A DNA stretch of 32,000 nucleotides, from positions 60,001 through 92,000 of the forward strand of contig NZ_OMOH01000003.1 in assembly GCF_900289195.1 (NCBI RefSeq). The letters run 5' to 3'. The notes under the pieces were generated by a model that was given only the letters and a program-made list of their open reading frames with translations, was not told the origin of the DNA and did no database searches. The DNA comes from Propionibacterium ruminifibrarum. Its GTDB lineage: Bacteria; Actinomycetota; Actinomycetes; Propionibacteriales; Propionibacteriaceae. This document shows, piece after piece, positions 1 to 10,109 of the stretch (position 1 is its first letter; every line of letters begins with the position of its first letter). The translations under genes were made by a program, and so were the position numbers.

Positions 1-1563
1 GCACTCGTCCTCACCATGAGCGACGAGCTGACCCGCCGCGGCGGGTCGATCGACACCGAGGCGCTGGGCCGGGCCCTCGGCGTGCCGGTCGTGACCGTCG
101 TGGCCAACCGGGGCATCGGGATCGGTGAGCTGCGCGAACTCATCACCGGCTGGCGCGACTGGTCGGTGCCGCCGGTCGACCCGCCCACCGACACCGCCGA
201 ACTGGCCGGCTGGGTCGATTCCGTGCTCGCCGCCGGCGGCTACGAGGATCCGCGCGCGGACGCGCGCACCGAGCGCATCGACCGCGTGCTGCTGCACCCG
301 GTGCTCGGCACGGTCATCTTCTTCGCCGTCATGTTCGGCTTCTTCCAGGCGATCTTCACCTGGGCGGCACCCCTGCAGGACGGGGTCGAGGACTTCTTCG
401 GCTGGCTGGCCGGGCTGGCCGCAGAGCACATCGGGAACCCGCTGCTGTCCTCGTTCGTCTCGGACGGCCTGCTCGGCGGGGTCGGCGGCGTGCTCGTCTT
501 CGTGCCCCAGATCGTCATGATGTACTTCATCCTCGCCCTGCTCGACGCGGTGGGCTACATGTCCCGGGCCGCCTTCCTCATGGACCGCCTCATGAGCCGC
601 TTCGGGCTCGAGGGCCGCGCCTTCGTCGCCGTGCTGTCGAGCTTCGCCTGCGCCATCCCCGGCGTCATGGCCACCCGCACCCTGCCGAACAGCCGCGACC
701 GCATCGCCACGATGCTCGGCGTGCCGCTGGCCACCTGCTCGGCCCGGCTGCCCGTGTACATCCTGCTCGTGGGCATCCTCATCCCCGACGGCACCCGGGT
801 CGGCCCGTTCAGCGGCCGCGGCGTGGCCATGTTCCTGCTCTACCTGCTCGGCGGCGTCTCGGCCCTCACCGCGTCGGCCGTCGTCAAACGCATCACCGGC
901 CGGCACGACGGGGTCCTGCCGTTCTACATGGAGATGCCGCCCTACCGCATCCCCACCCCCCGCTCGGTCGGCATCGCCATGTGGGAGCCGACCAAGGCCT
1001 TCCTCCGCAAGGCCGGCACGATCATCCTCGCCACGACGATCGCCATCTGGGCGCTCACGACGATTCCGCTCCGCGGCGACGCGGAGCTGGCGGCAGCCGG
1101 GGTCGACCCCGGCGACGAGGTGGCCGTCACCGCCTACACGATGGAGCACTCGGCCGCCGCGGCCATCGGCAAGGCGATCGAACCCGTCTTCGAACCGCTC
1201 GGCTTCGACTGGCGCATCGACGTGGCCCTGCTCGGCTCACTGGCCGCCCGCGAGGTGTCCGTCTCCACTCTCGGGCAGATGGCCTCGGCCCTCGACCCGG
1301 AGGACGACAGCGAGGTGGCGCAGGGCCTCGACGGCTGGACCTACACCGACGGCCCGCGCGCCGGCGAGAAGGTGTTCACCCCGGCCACGACCGTCGCCCT
1401 TCTCCTCTTCTTCGCCTTCGCCCTGCAGTGCATGTCCACCGTGGCGATCATGCGACGCGAGACGGGGGGCTGGAGATGGCCCAGTATCGCCTTCGGCTAC
1501 ATGTTCGTCCTCGCCTGGGTGATGGCCTTCCTCGGACGTGCCGTCACCCTGCTCATCACCTGA
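1..1563 (+). CDS. feoB: Ferrous iron transporter FeoB, C-terminal two-thirds (5' end lies outside the window)
   Basis: Frame 1 is open from base 1 (ALVLTMSDEL...), so the ATG at 16 is internal. The sequence runs from the end of the G-domain/linker into polytopic membrane 'gate' regions (LLHPVLGTVIFFAVMFGFFQ, VPQIVMMYFILALLDAVGYMSRAAFLMDRLM, CSARLPVY) typical of FeoB. GC3 is high. Stop TGA at 1561-1563. Confidence 0.85.
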   Translation, partial: ALVLTMSDELTRRGGSIDTEALGRALGVPVVTVVANRGIGIGELRELITGWRDWSVPPVDPPTDTAELAGWVDSVLAAGGYEDPRADARTERIDRVLLHPVLGTVIFFAVMFGFFQAIFTWAAPLQDGVEDFFGWLAGLAAEHIGNPLLSSFVSDGLLGGVGGVLVFVPQIVMMYFILALLDAVGYMSRAAFLMDRLMSRFGLEGRAFVAVLSSFACAIPGVMATRTLPNSRDRIATMLGVPLATCSARLPVYILLVGILIPDGTRVGPFSGRGVAMFLLYLLGGVSALTASAVVKRITGRHDGVLPFYMEMPPYRIPTPRSVGIAMWEPTKAFLRKAGTIILATTIAIWALTTIPLRGDAELAAAGVDPGDEVAVTAYTMEHSAAAAIGKAIEPVFEPLGFDWRIDVALLGSLAAREVSVSTLGQMASALDPEDDSEVAQGLDGWTYTDGPRAGEKVFTPATTVALLLFFAFALQCMSTVAIMRRETGGWRWPSIAFGYMFVLAWVMAFLGRAVTLLIT

Positions 1564-1573
1564 GGGGCGCGGT

Positions 1574-2164
1574 ATGCGAGCCATCAGGGACCATCTGCGC
1601 CGCGTCTCCCGGCCTGCGGACGCCCGGCCGGGACGCCGGCCGCCCGGGGCCGTCACCCACCCCGAGCGCACCGACGATCCCGCCGTGCTGCGCTGGGTGG
1701 TCCACGGGACCGAGCTGCCCTTCACCGGCCCGCTGGCCTCGGCGCCCGGGCTCGACGGGCTGCTGGGCGGTGACCTCGAGGCCGTCACCGTCACCCCGGG
1801 CGCCGTGCTCACCACGGCAGCCCCGGGCCGCTCCTGGCGTGAACTCGGCCCGCGGGTCCGCGCCGCGCTCGGGACGGCCCTGGGCTCGGTCGCCGACTGG
1901 CTCCCCGGCCCGGGCGCGCGGCGGCTGGACGCCGACGAGACCCTGCGGTGGTGCGCCCGCGAACTCATCGACGGCCCGGTCGGCCGGATCGCCACCGCCC
2001 ACGGCGGCGCCATCGAACTCGTCGACGCCCACGACGGCGTCGTGCGGGTGCGCATGCACGGCGCCTGCCGCGGCTGCCCGGCGGCCGTCGTCACGATGAC
2101 GCAGCGTCTCGAGGCGCAGCTGCGCCGCCGGGTCCCCGATGTGCGAGCCGTCGAGCAGGCCTGA
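1574..2164 (+). CDS. Nfu/NifU-type Fe-S cluster carrier protein (Nfu_N-like N-terminus plus NifU C-terminal CxxC domain)
   Basis: The C-terminus HGGAIELVDAHDGVVRVRMHGACRGCPAAVVTMTQRLEAQLRRRVP matches the NifU C-terminal domain pattern (GGD/A-x-ELV...G-x-C-x-x-C...T). The N-terminal half resembles the Nfu_N fold pattern. ATG at 1574 lies 6 nt after GAGGGG and only 10 nt after the feoB stop. The alternative start at 1538 would overlap feoB. Confidence 0.7.
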   Translation: MRAIRDHLRRVSRPADARPGRRPPGAVTHPERTDDPAVLRWVVHGTELPFTGPLASAPGLDGLLGGDLEAVTVTPGAVLTTAAPGRSWRELGPRVRAALGTALGSVADWLPGPGARRLDADETLRWCARELIDGPVGRIATAHGGAIELVDAHDGVVRVRMHGACRGCPAAVVTMTQRLEAQLRRRVPDVRAVEQA

Positions 2165-2241
2165 GAACCGGGCCGCCGAGGCTCGCTCGGACCCGGCGAA
2201 GCCCCCGGCATCGCGGAGTCGCGTGTGAGAGGCTAGGTGCC

Positions 2242-3803
<1,562 letters not shown>

Positions 3804-3807
<4 letters not shown>

Positions 3808-4970
3808 GCACCCCACGCAGCCTCGCCGACAGGTTCCGGGAACGCTTCGGATACGTCCCCGCCGGCGTGTGGTCGGCGCCCGGGCGGTTCAACCTGATGG
3901 GCGAGCACACCGACTACAACGGCGGCTTCTGCCTGCCGGTACCGCTGGACCGGCGCACCTGGGTGGCTGCCGCCGCCCGCGACGACGACCGTCTCCGCAT
4001 GACCTCCCTGGACGTTTCCGGCGAGGTCGACGTGGACCTCGACGAGGTGGGCGCCGGCAACCCCGGCGGGTGGGGCTCCTACGCCGCCGGCGTCCTGTGG
4101 GCGCTGAGGCGGGCCGGTCTTCCGGTGCGCGGCGCAGACCTGCTCATCGGCTCCGACCTGCTCATCGGCGCCGGCCTGTCGAGCTCGGCAGCCCTCGAGT
4201 GCTCGGTGGCCGCCGCCGCCAGCGACCTGTTCGGCCTGGGGCTGCTCGCCGACGACGCGGGGCGCGCCCAACTGGCACGCCACTGCCAGACCGCCGAGAA
4301 CGAGATCGCGCTGGCCCCCACCGGCGGCGTCGACCAGACCTCGGCGCTGCGCGGCGTGAAGGGCCACGCCCTGCTCATCGACTTCATGAACCAGACGCTG
4401 CGGCCGGTGCCGTACGATCCGGTGCACGGCGGCGTGGGGGTCCTCATCCTCGACACGAGGACCAGGCACTCGCTGTCGTCCGGGCACTTCGGCGACCGCC
4501 ACGCCGAGTGCGACCGGGTCGCCGCGCTGCTCGACGTCGACCTGCTGCGCAGGGTGGGTGTCGATGACCTGCCCGCCGCCGAGGCCAGGCTGAACGATGA
4601 GACGCTGTTCAGGCGGCTGCGCCACGTCGTCACCGAGAACGCCCGCGCCGTCAAGATGGCAGACGACCTCGAGGCAGGCGACTGGCGGGCCGTCGCCGCG
4701 GGCATGACGGCCGCCCACGTCTCGATGCGCGACGACCTCGAGGTGAGCCTGCCGCAGATCGACCTGGCGGTCGAGACGGCCATCGAGGCGGGCGCCTGGG
4801 GCGCGCGCCTGGTCGGCGGCGGTTTCGGCGGCTGCGTTCTGGCCATCGTGCCGATCAGCCGCGTCCGTGCCGTGGCGGGCGCCGTGCGCGAGGCCTTCGC
4901 CACGGCCGGCTACGAGGACCCCGACGGTTTCCTCGCCACCGCGGGCTCGCCGGCGGGACGCGACCTATAG
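3804..4970 (+). CDS. galK: Galactokinase
   Basis: The GHMP kinase galactokinase signature GRFNLMGEHTDYNGG is near the N-terminus, the ATP-binding motif IGAGLSSSAALE follows, and GGGFGGC is near the C-terminus. ATG 3804 overlaps the upstream stop (ATGA at 3804-3807). Confidence 0.9.
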
Positions 4971-5051
4971 ACCAGGGCGCCGACACCGGTGTGGCCGGCC
5001 CGGCACGACCAGCTGCCGAGGCGTTCCAGGGTCTGGCGTGGGACCAATCAG

Positions 5052-5079
5052 GCCCGGCTCCGCCCCTGAGCGGCCGGGC
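5052..5079. terminator. Putative bidirectional hairpin between convergent galK and the kinase gene
   Basis: GCCCGGC (5052-5058) and GCCGGGC (5073-5079) form a 7-bp GC stem with a 14-nt loop in the 147-bp convergent intergenic region. There is no clear U tract. Confidence 0.3.
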
Positions 5080-5117
5080 TGAGACCCGGATCAGGTGACG
5101 TGGCCGGGCTCATCGGC

Positions 5118-6758
5118 TCAGTCGCCCTCCGTCTCGTAGCTGTCGTCGCCCTCGTCCTCGGTATTGCCGTTCTGCTGGGCCTGGGTGTTGGCGCCCGTGG
5201 CCGTCGCCTGCTGCTGGTCGTAGCTCTGGCTCGGCTGCGGGTAGTAGCCCCCGCCGGTGCCCTGACCGTAGTCCCCGGTTCCCTGGCCGTAGCCACCGAC
5301 ATCGGTCTGCTGCGGGTAGTCGGTCTGGTAGGTGCCGGCTGTGTCGTAGCTCTGCTGGGTGGTCGGTGTCGTGGTGGGGGACGCCGTGGCGGTCTGCGTC
5401 TGGGTGATGGTCTGCGAGGGGGCCGGGTCGGCCGACTTGCGGCCCTGCGTCCAGGCCAGGGCGACGAGCCCGGCCAGGACGGCCACGATGGCGACCACCA
5501 GGGCGATGCGCCTGCCCCTGCCGGTCCTCGAGCCGGCGCCCGTCTCGGCTGGCACCGCTCCGGTCCCGGCCGCTGCCGCGCCACCGCCGACGACCGGGGC
5601 GGCCGTCGTGCCGGCCGTGGTAGCAGCGGGGACGGGCGGCAGCCCGTCGACGGCGGTGGAACCGGCAGTGCCCTGGCCGGCGGGCAGGATCCGGGTGCGT
5701 CCCTCGGCGGTGGCGTCCGCGTCCGCCCCGGGCAGCGTCGAGGGGGACATGGCCATGGTGGCCGCATCCGCCGCCGGGCCGATCGGGGCGGGTGCCGCGA
5801 CGAGCCCGGGGGCCTGCGGGTCGCCCTGGATCGCGTTGAGGGCGGCGACCACCTCGTCCGCGCCGGGACGGTCCTCGGGGTTCTTGGCCAGCAGCGCCGC
5901 GACGAGGTTCTCGAGCGAGACCGGGGCGTCCGGGACGCGGGACCGCAGCAGCGGCGGCGTGTCGTAGACCTGGGCGCGGGCGACCGCCACCGGGGACTCG
6001 CCGGGGAAGGGCGGCTGGCCGGTCAGCACCGTCACCATGAGGCAACCGAACGAGTACATGTCCGAACTCGAACCGACCCGCTCGCCCGAGGCCTGCTCCG
6101 GCGACATGTACGCGGCCGAGCCGATGGCCGTCATCGTGCTCGTCAGGGCGGTGCTCTGCTGGTCGTTGAGACGGGCGATGCCGAAGTCGACGAGTTTCGG
6201 GGTGCTGCGCAGGTCGTCGGAGGTGAGCACGACATTGGCCGGTTTCACGTCACGGTGGATGACGCCGAAACGGTGGGCCGCGCCCAGGCCGGCCGCGACC
6301 TGCGCCAGCATCGGCAGGGCGGCCTGCCAGCCGATCGGCCCCTGCTTCGTCACGACGGCCTGCAGATTGGGCCCGTGGAGGAACTCCATGACGATGTAGG
6401 CGCTGTGGCCGTCGACCCCGGAGTCGTAGATCTGGACGACGTTCGGGTGGTTGAGCCCGGCGGTGGCGACCGCCTCGCGCCTGAAGCGCGCCTCGGTGCT
6501 GGGATCGGCGCTCGTGGCCAGGTTGATGGTCTTGATGGCCACCTCGCGCTCCAGCGTGGTGTCCTGCGCACGCCACACCTGGCCGATGGCGCCGGCCCCG
6601 ACGCGTTCGACGAGTCGGTATCGCCCGTCGCGCAGTGAGGCGATGAAGTCATCCGCGCCGGCCTCGCCCGGGATGGGCGTACGGCGCGTCGAACGCACGC
6701 CGTGGTCCTGGTCGCGGCCGGGGGTGGTGTTGCCGTCGAACGGTTCGTCAGTGCTCAC
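5118..6758 (-). CDS. Hanks-type Ser/Thr protein kinase, single-pass membrane, no PASTA domains, low-complexity Q/T/Y/G-rich ectodomain
   Basis: Kinase motifs are present: Gly loop GAGAIGQVW, VAIK, HRDVKPANV, DFGIA, SPEQ. These are followed by a Pro/Ala linker, a TM helix (IALVVAIVAVLAGLVALAW) and a ~110 aa tail (GGYGQGTGDYGQGTGGGYYPQPSQSYDQQQ...EDEGDDSYETEGD). GTG start at 6758 lies 41 nt after the pknB stop. Confidence 0.85.
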   Translation of the reverse strand: MSTDEPFDGNTTPGRDQDHGVRSTRRTPIPGEAGADDFIASLRDGRYRLVERVGAGAIGQVWRAQDTTLEREVAIKTINLATSADPSTEARFRREAVATAGLNHPNVVQIYDSGVDGHSAYIVMEFLHGPNLQAVVTKQGPIGWQAALPMLAQVAAGLGAAHRFGVIHRDVKPANVVLTSDDLRSTPKLVDFGIARLNDQQSTALTSTMTAIGSAAYMSPEQASGERVGSSSDMYSFGCLMVTVLTGQPPFPGESPVAVARAQVYDTPPLLRSRVPDAPVSLENLVAALLAKNPEDRPGADEVVAALNAIQGDPQAPGLVAAPAPIGPAADAATMAMSPSTLPGADADATAEGRTRILPAGQGTAGSTAVDGLPPVPAATTAGTTAAPVVGGGAAAAGTGAVPAETGAGSRTGRGRRIALVVAIVAVLAGLVALAWTQGRKSADPAPSQTITQTQTATASPTTTPTTQQSYDTAGTYQTDYPQQTDVGGYGQGTGDYGQGTGGGYYPQPSQSYDQQQATATGANTQAQQNGNTEDEGDDSYETEGD

Positions 6759-6799
6759 AGAACCATTGTTCCCTATCTGCGTCGCTGTTCATCGTGCGG

Positions 6800-8602
6800 T
6801 CACGCCCCCGCCGAGCGGGAGCTGCCGCTCGAGACGGCAGTGCCGGGTGATGCGGCGCTGCTGCCGTTGGGCGAGGACGAGGTCGCGGGCTGCGTGGGCT
6901 CCTCGGGTGCCACCGCGACCTGGATCGTCACCTGGTCGGTGCGGGAGTACAGCTGGCCGGGGGCCACCGACTGGTCGAAGACCGTGTCCTCGGGGTAGTC
7001 GGACGTCTCCCGTTCGAGGACCTGGACGTTCGAGAAGCCCGCGTTGGCGAGCACCTGGACGGCCTCGTCCTCGGTCATCTGGGTACTCGAGACGTCGGGG
7101 ACCCGGGAGCGCCCGGTGGCGCGGTAGAGCGTCACCGTCGACTCGGGATCGACCGAGGTGTCCGCGGCCGGGCTCGTCGCGATGATCTTGCCGGCGATGT
7201 CGGTGATCTTCTCCTGGTCCTCGCCGGCGTCCTTCGTCACGACGTTCGTGAACCCGGCCGCCCGCAGCGCCTCGCGTGCGTCGTCCTCATCCATGCCCGT
7301 CACGTCGGGGATCGTGCCCGCGGCGGGGCCGTCGTTGACCGTGATGACGACGGTGGAGTTGATCGGCACCGTCGTGCCCTCGGCCGGGTCGGTGCTGATG
7401 ACCTGGCCCTTCGTCGCCGAGTCGCCGTTGGTGTGCTGCACCTGCGGGTCCAGGGTGTAGTTCTTCAGCGTCGAGACGGCCTGCTCCTGGGTGAAACCGA
7501 TGACGGCCGGGACGGTCGTCTGCTGGGCCTCCTGGCGGATCTCGCGCAGCCGGATGGCGCCGTAGACCAGGCCGGCGGCGATGAGCGCCAGGATGATCAA
7601 CAGGATCACGGTCGGTGCCGTGACACGGCGCTTCTTCTTCGTGTCCGTGTCCTCCGCGTCCTGCTCGTCCTCATCGGGCAGGGCACGGGCGGGCCGGCCG
7701 ATGACGGCCGTCGGCACGTCGGCGTGGACGGCCGGTATCTGCGCCGTCACCTGCTGGCCCTCGAGAACGCGGGAGATGTCCTCGCGCATCTCGCGGGCCG
7801 TCTGGTAGCGGTCGTTCGGGTTCTTGGACAGGGCCGTCATCGTGATGGCGTCGATGGCAGGCGTCACCTTCGGGGAGAGCGTGCTGGGCAGGACCGCTGT
7901 CTCGCGGACGTGCTGGTAGGCGACGGCCACGGGCGAGTCACCGGTGAACGGGGGGCGGCCGGTGAGCAGCTCGTAGAGCAGGCAGCCCGCGGAGTAGATG
8001 TCGGAACGGGAGTCGACGGTCTCGCCGCGGGCCTGCTCGGGCGAGAGGTACTGGGCGGTGCCGATGACGGCAGCCGTCTGCGTCATCGTCGCCGACGTGT
8101 CGGCCACCGCGCGGGCAATACCGAAGTCCATCACCTTGACCTGGCCGGTGGGGGTGATCATGACGTTGGCGGGTTTGATGTCGCGGTGGATGATGCCGTG
8201 CTGGTGCGAGTAGTCGAGGGCATCGAGCACGCCCTGCGTGTAGGTCAGCGCCACGGCGGGTTCGATCATGCGGCCCTCACGCAGCATCTCGCGCAGGGTT
8301 CGCCCGCCGACGAGCTCCATGACGATGTATGGGACGACGACGCCGGTCGCCTCGTCCTGCTGGCCGCCGGTGTCGTAGACCGAGACGATGTTCGGATGGT
8401 TCAGCCCGGCTGCGGACTGGGCCTCGCGGCCGAAACGGGCCTGGAAGGTCGGGTCCGTCGCCAGGTCGACCCGAAGCCGTTTGATGGCGACATCACGGTC
8501 GAGCCGCAGGTCGCGGGCCCGCCACACCTCGGCCATGCCGCCGCGGCCGATGATCTCTTGGAGTTCGTAGCGGCCGCCGAGGACGGTATTGGTAGCGGTC
8601 AT
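6800..8602 (-). CDS. pknB: PASTA-domain Ser/Thr protein kinase PknB
   Basis: The kinase domain is near-collinear with mycobacterial PknB as I recall it (RYELQEIIGRGGMAEVWRARDLRLDRDVAIK, HRDIKPANVMI, DFGIARA, TAAVIGTAQYLSPEQARG, FTGDSPVAVAYQHVRE). A TM helix follows, then three PASTA-like repeats encoded at about 6900-7515. Start is ATG 8602 (MTATNTVLGG), preceded by GGAGAGGAG. The ORF-track start at 8788 would overlap pbpA and is rejected. Confidence 0.9.
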   Translation of the reverse strand: MTATNTVLGGRYELQEIIGRGGMAEVWRARDLRLDRDVAIKRLRVDLATDPTFQARFGREAQSAAGLNHPNIVSVYDTGGQQDEATGVVVPYIVMELVGGRTLREMLREGRMIEPAVALTYTQGVLDALDYSHQHGIIHRDIKPANVMITPTGQVKVMDFGIARAVADTSATMTQTAAVIGTAQYLSPEQARGETVDSRSDIYSAGCLLYELLTGRPPFTGDSPVAVAYQHVRETAVLPSTLSPKVTPAIDAITMTALSKNPNDRYQTAREMREDISRVLEGQQVTAQIPAVHADVPTAVIGRPARALPDEDEQDAEDTDTKKKRRVTAPTVILLIILALIAAGLVYGAIRLREIRQEAQQTTVPAVIGFTQEQAVSTLKNYTLDPQVQHTNGDSATKGQVISTDPAEGTTVPINSTVVITVNDGPAAGTIPDVTGMDEDDAREALRAAGFTNVVTKDAGEDQEKITDIAGKIIATSPAADTSVDPESTVTLYRATGRSRVPDVSSTQMTEDEAVQVLANAGFSNVQVLERETSDYPEDTVFDQSVAPGQLYSRTDQVTIQVAVAPEEPTQPATSSSPNGSSAASPGTAVSSGSSRSAGA

Positions 8603-8684
8603 CGCCGGTCTCCTCTCCGCATCGTGTCGCCGGACCGCGTCATGCCTGGCCGGACTCGTCCGGCCGTTCCTGTTCGTGACGTCA

Positions 8685-10109
8685 TCATGATGCGAGCGCC
8701 TCGAAGACGGTGCGCGCCGCGACGGTGGCGTTGCCGGTCGCGGTGCCGGGCTGGTCGGGGTCGGCCAGGAAGACGGCCAGCGCCACATTCGTCTCCTGAT
8801 CGAAGCCCGCGAACCAGGAGTAGGCGCTCGCGCCGGCCATGTTCTCGGCCGTGCCGGTCTTGCCGCCGATCGTCTGGCCGCTGATCTGCGTCGCCGTGGC
8901 CGTACCGGACTCGACGACGTGGATCATCATCTGCTGCATCGAGCCGGCGGTCTCCTCGCTCACGGCCCGGCGGATGGTCGTCGGCTTGGTCTCGGAGATG
9001 ACATTGAGGTTCGCGTCACGTACCTGCGAGACGACGTAGGGCTGCATGACCTGTCCGTCATTGGCCAGGGTCGCGGCCACCGAGGCCATCTGCAGCGGCG
9101 TGGCCGAGACGTCGAACTGGCCGATCGAACTCATGGCCAGCTGGGCGTTGTCGAGGTCGGACGGGAAGACGCTCGTTGCAGAGTCCACGTCACCGCCGAA
9201 GGCCGCGTTGAACCCGAACTTCTCGGCCTGCTCACGGACCTTGTCCTGCCCCAGCCCCATGCCCAGGTTCGCGAAAGCCGTGTTGCACGAGACCTGGAGG
9301 GCGTGATCGATCGTTGTCGTGTCGCCGCCGCAGTTGGTCGAGTTCGGCAGGGTCGTTGTCGAGTTGTCCAGTGGCAGCGTGGTGGGCGAGGCGACGGTGC
9401 TGTCGGCACTCATGCCGTCCTCGAGGGCGGCCGAGGCCACGACGAGTTTGAAGGTCGACCCGGGCGGGTAGATCTCCTGGGTGGCGCGGTCCGTCAGCGG
9501 CCGGCCCTCGTCGGCGTTCAGCTGGTCCCAGGCGGCCTGGGTGCTCTCCAGGTCGGTGCTCGACAGCAGGTTCGGGTCATAGCTGGGGGTCGAGGCCCAG
9601 GCGAGGATCGCGCCGGTCGTGTAGTCCATCGCGATGACGGCGCCCGTGCGCCCGCCGAGGGCGTCCGAGGCGGCCTGCTGGGCGCTGGCGTTGATCGTCG
9701 TCTGGATGGTGTCGCCCTGTGGCTGTTCACCACCCAGCTCACTGAGGATGCGCCGGAACAACTGCGAGTCCCCCGAAGCGGAGAGCTCGTCGTTGTAACG
9801 CTGCTCCAGGCCGGTGCGCCCGTAGATGTACGAGTAGTAACCGGTGACCGGGGCGTAGAGCGGGCCGTTCGAGTAGACCCGTTCCACACTGAACCGCCCG
9901 CCCTCGACCGGCACGGTCTCGGCGATGGCCGTCGTGCCGACCAGGATCGAGCCGCGGGGGGCGTCGAACTGGGAGTCGACGACGCGCCGGTTCCCGGGGT
10001 CGGTCAGCAGCCCGGTGGAGCGCACGCCGTAGTTGAAGGTGACGTTCGCCAGCAGGGCGAGGATCATGAGGGCCGCGAAGACGGAGACCCTGCGCAGTGC
10101 CGTATTCAT
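8685..10109 (-). CDS. pbpA: Class B penicillin-binding protein (transpeptidase) PbpA
   Basis: An N-terminal TM anchor is followed by the transpeptidase motifs STFK (PPGSTFKLV), SCN (VSCNTAF) and KTGT (GGKTGTAE). The ATG overlaps the rodA stop (ATGA, 10106-10109). The operon position matches the conserved actinobacterial cluster. Confidence 0.9.
   Translation of the reverse strand: MNTALRRVSVFAALMILALLANVTFNYGVRSTGLLTDPGNRRVVDSQFDAPRGSILVGTTAIAETVPVEGGRFSVERVYSNGPLYAPVTGYYSYIYGRTGLEQRYNDELSASGDSQLFRRILSELGGEQPQGDTIQTTINASAQQAASDALGGRTGAVIAMDYTTGAILAWASTPSYDPNLLSSTDLESTQAAWDQLNADEGRPLTDRATQEIYPPGSTFKLVVASAALEDGMSADSTVASPTTLPLDNSTTTLPNSTNCGGDTTTIDHALQVSCNTAFANLGMGLGQDKVREQAEKFGFNAAFGGDVDSATSVFPSDLDNAQLAMSSIGQFDVSATPLQMASVAATLANDGQVMQPYVVSQVRDANLNVISETKPTTIRRAVSEETAGSMQQMMIHVVESGTATATQISGQTIGGKTGTAENMAGASAYSWFAGFDQETNVALAVFLADPDQPGTATGNATVAARTVFEALAS

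Noticed and set aside
4137-4169. A 15-nt direct repeat (gacctgctcatcggc twice, 3 nt apart) inside galK, considered as a recent in-frame micro-duplication.
   Set aside because: The encoded segment (ADLLIGSDLLIGAGLSSSAALE) has the normal length and spacing for the galactokinase ATP-binding motif region. It is therefore more likely a chance or convergent repeat than an insertion.
5100-6638. Very long ORFs antisense to, or out of frame with, real genes. Examples are 5100-6638(+), 7433-8884(+), 8919-10430(+), 14351-15964(+), 25638-27305(+), 28473-29663(-), 29372-30523(-), 29968-31410(-), 2233-3816(-), 3360-4718(-) and 21134-22852(-).
   Set aside because: Their translations are Arg/Gly/Pro/Ala/His-rich with no motifs. 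They mirror well-supported genes on the other strand or frame. This is the expected stop-codon-poor artefact of ~70% GC DNA.
8603-8788. N-terminal extension of the pknB ORF (track start at 8788). Similar 5' extensions occur for the DUF853 gene (1948-2241), galK (3045-3803), fhaA (14192-14338), adhesin A (15971-16120), adhesin B (19015-19170), mmuM (23810-24199), the hydrolase (27081-27167) and SBP1 (27230-27475).
   Set aside because: The extensions overlap upstream genes, terminators or the riboswitch. They encode low-complexity sequence. Internal starts have SD-like sequences and give the N-termini expected for each family.
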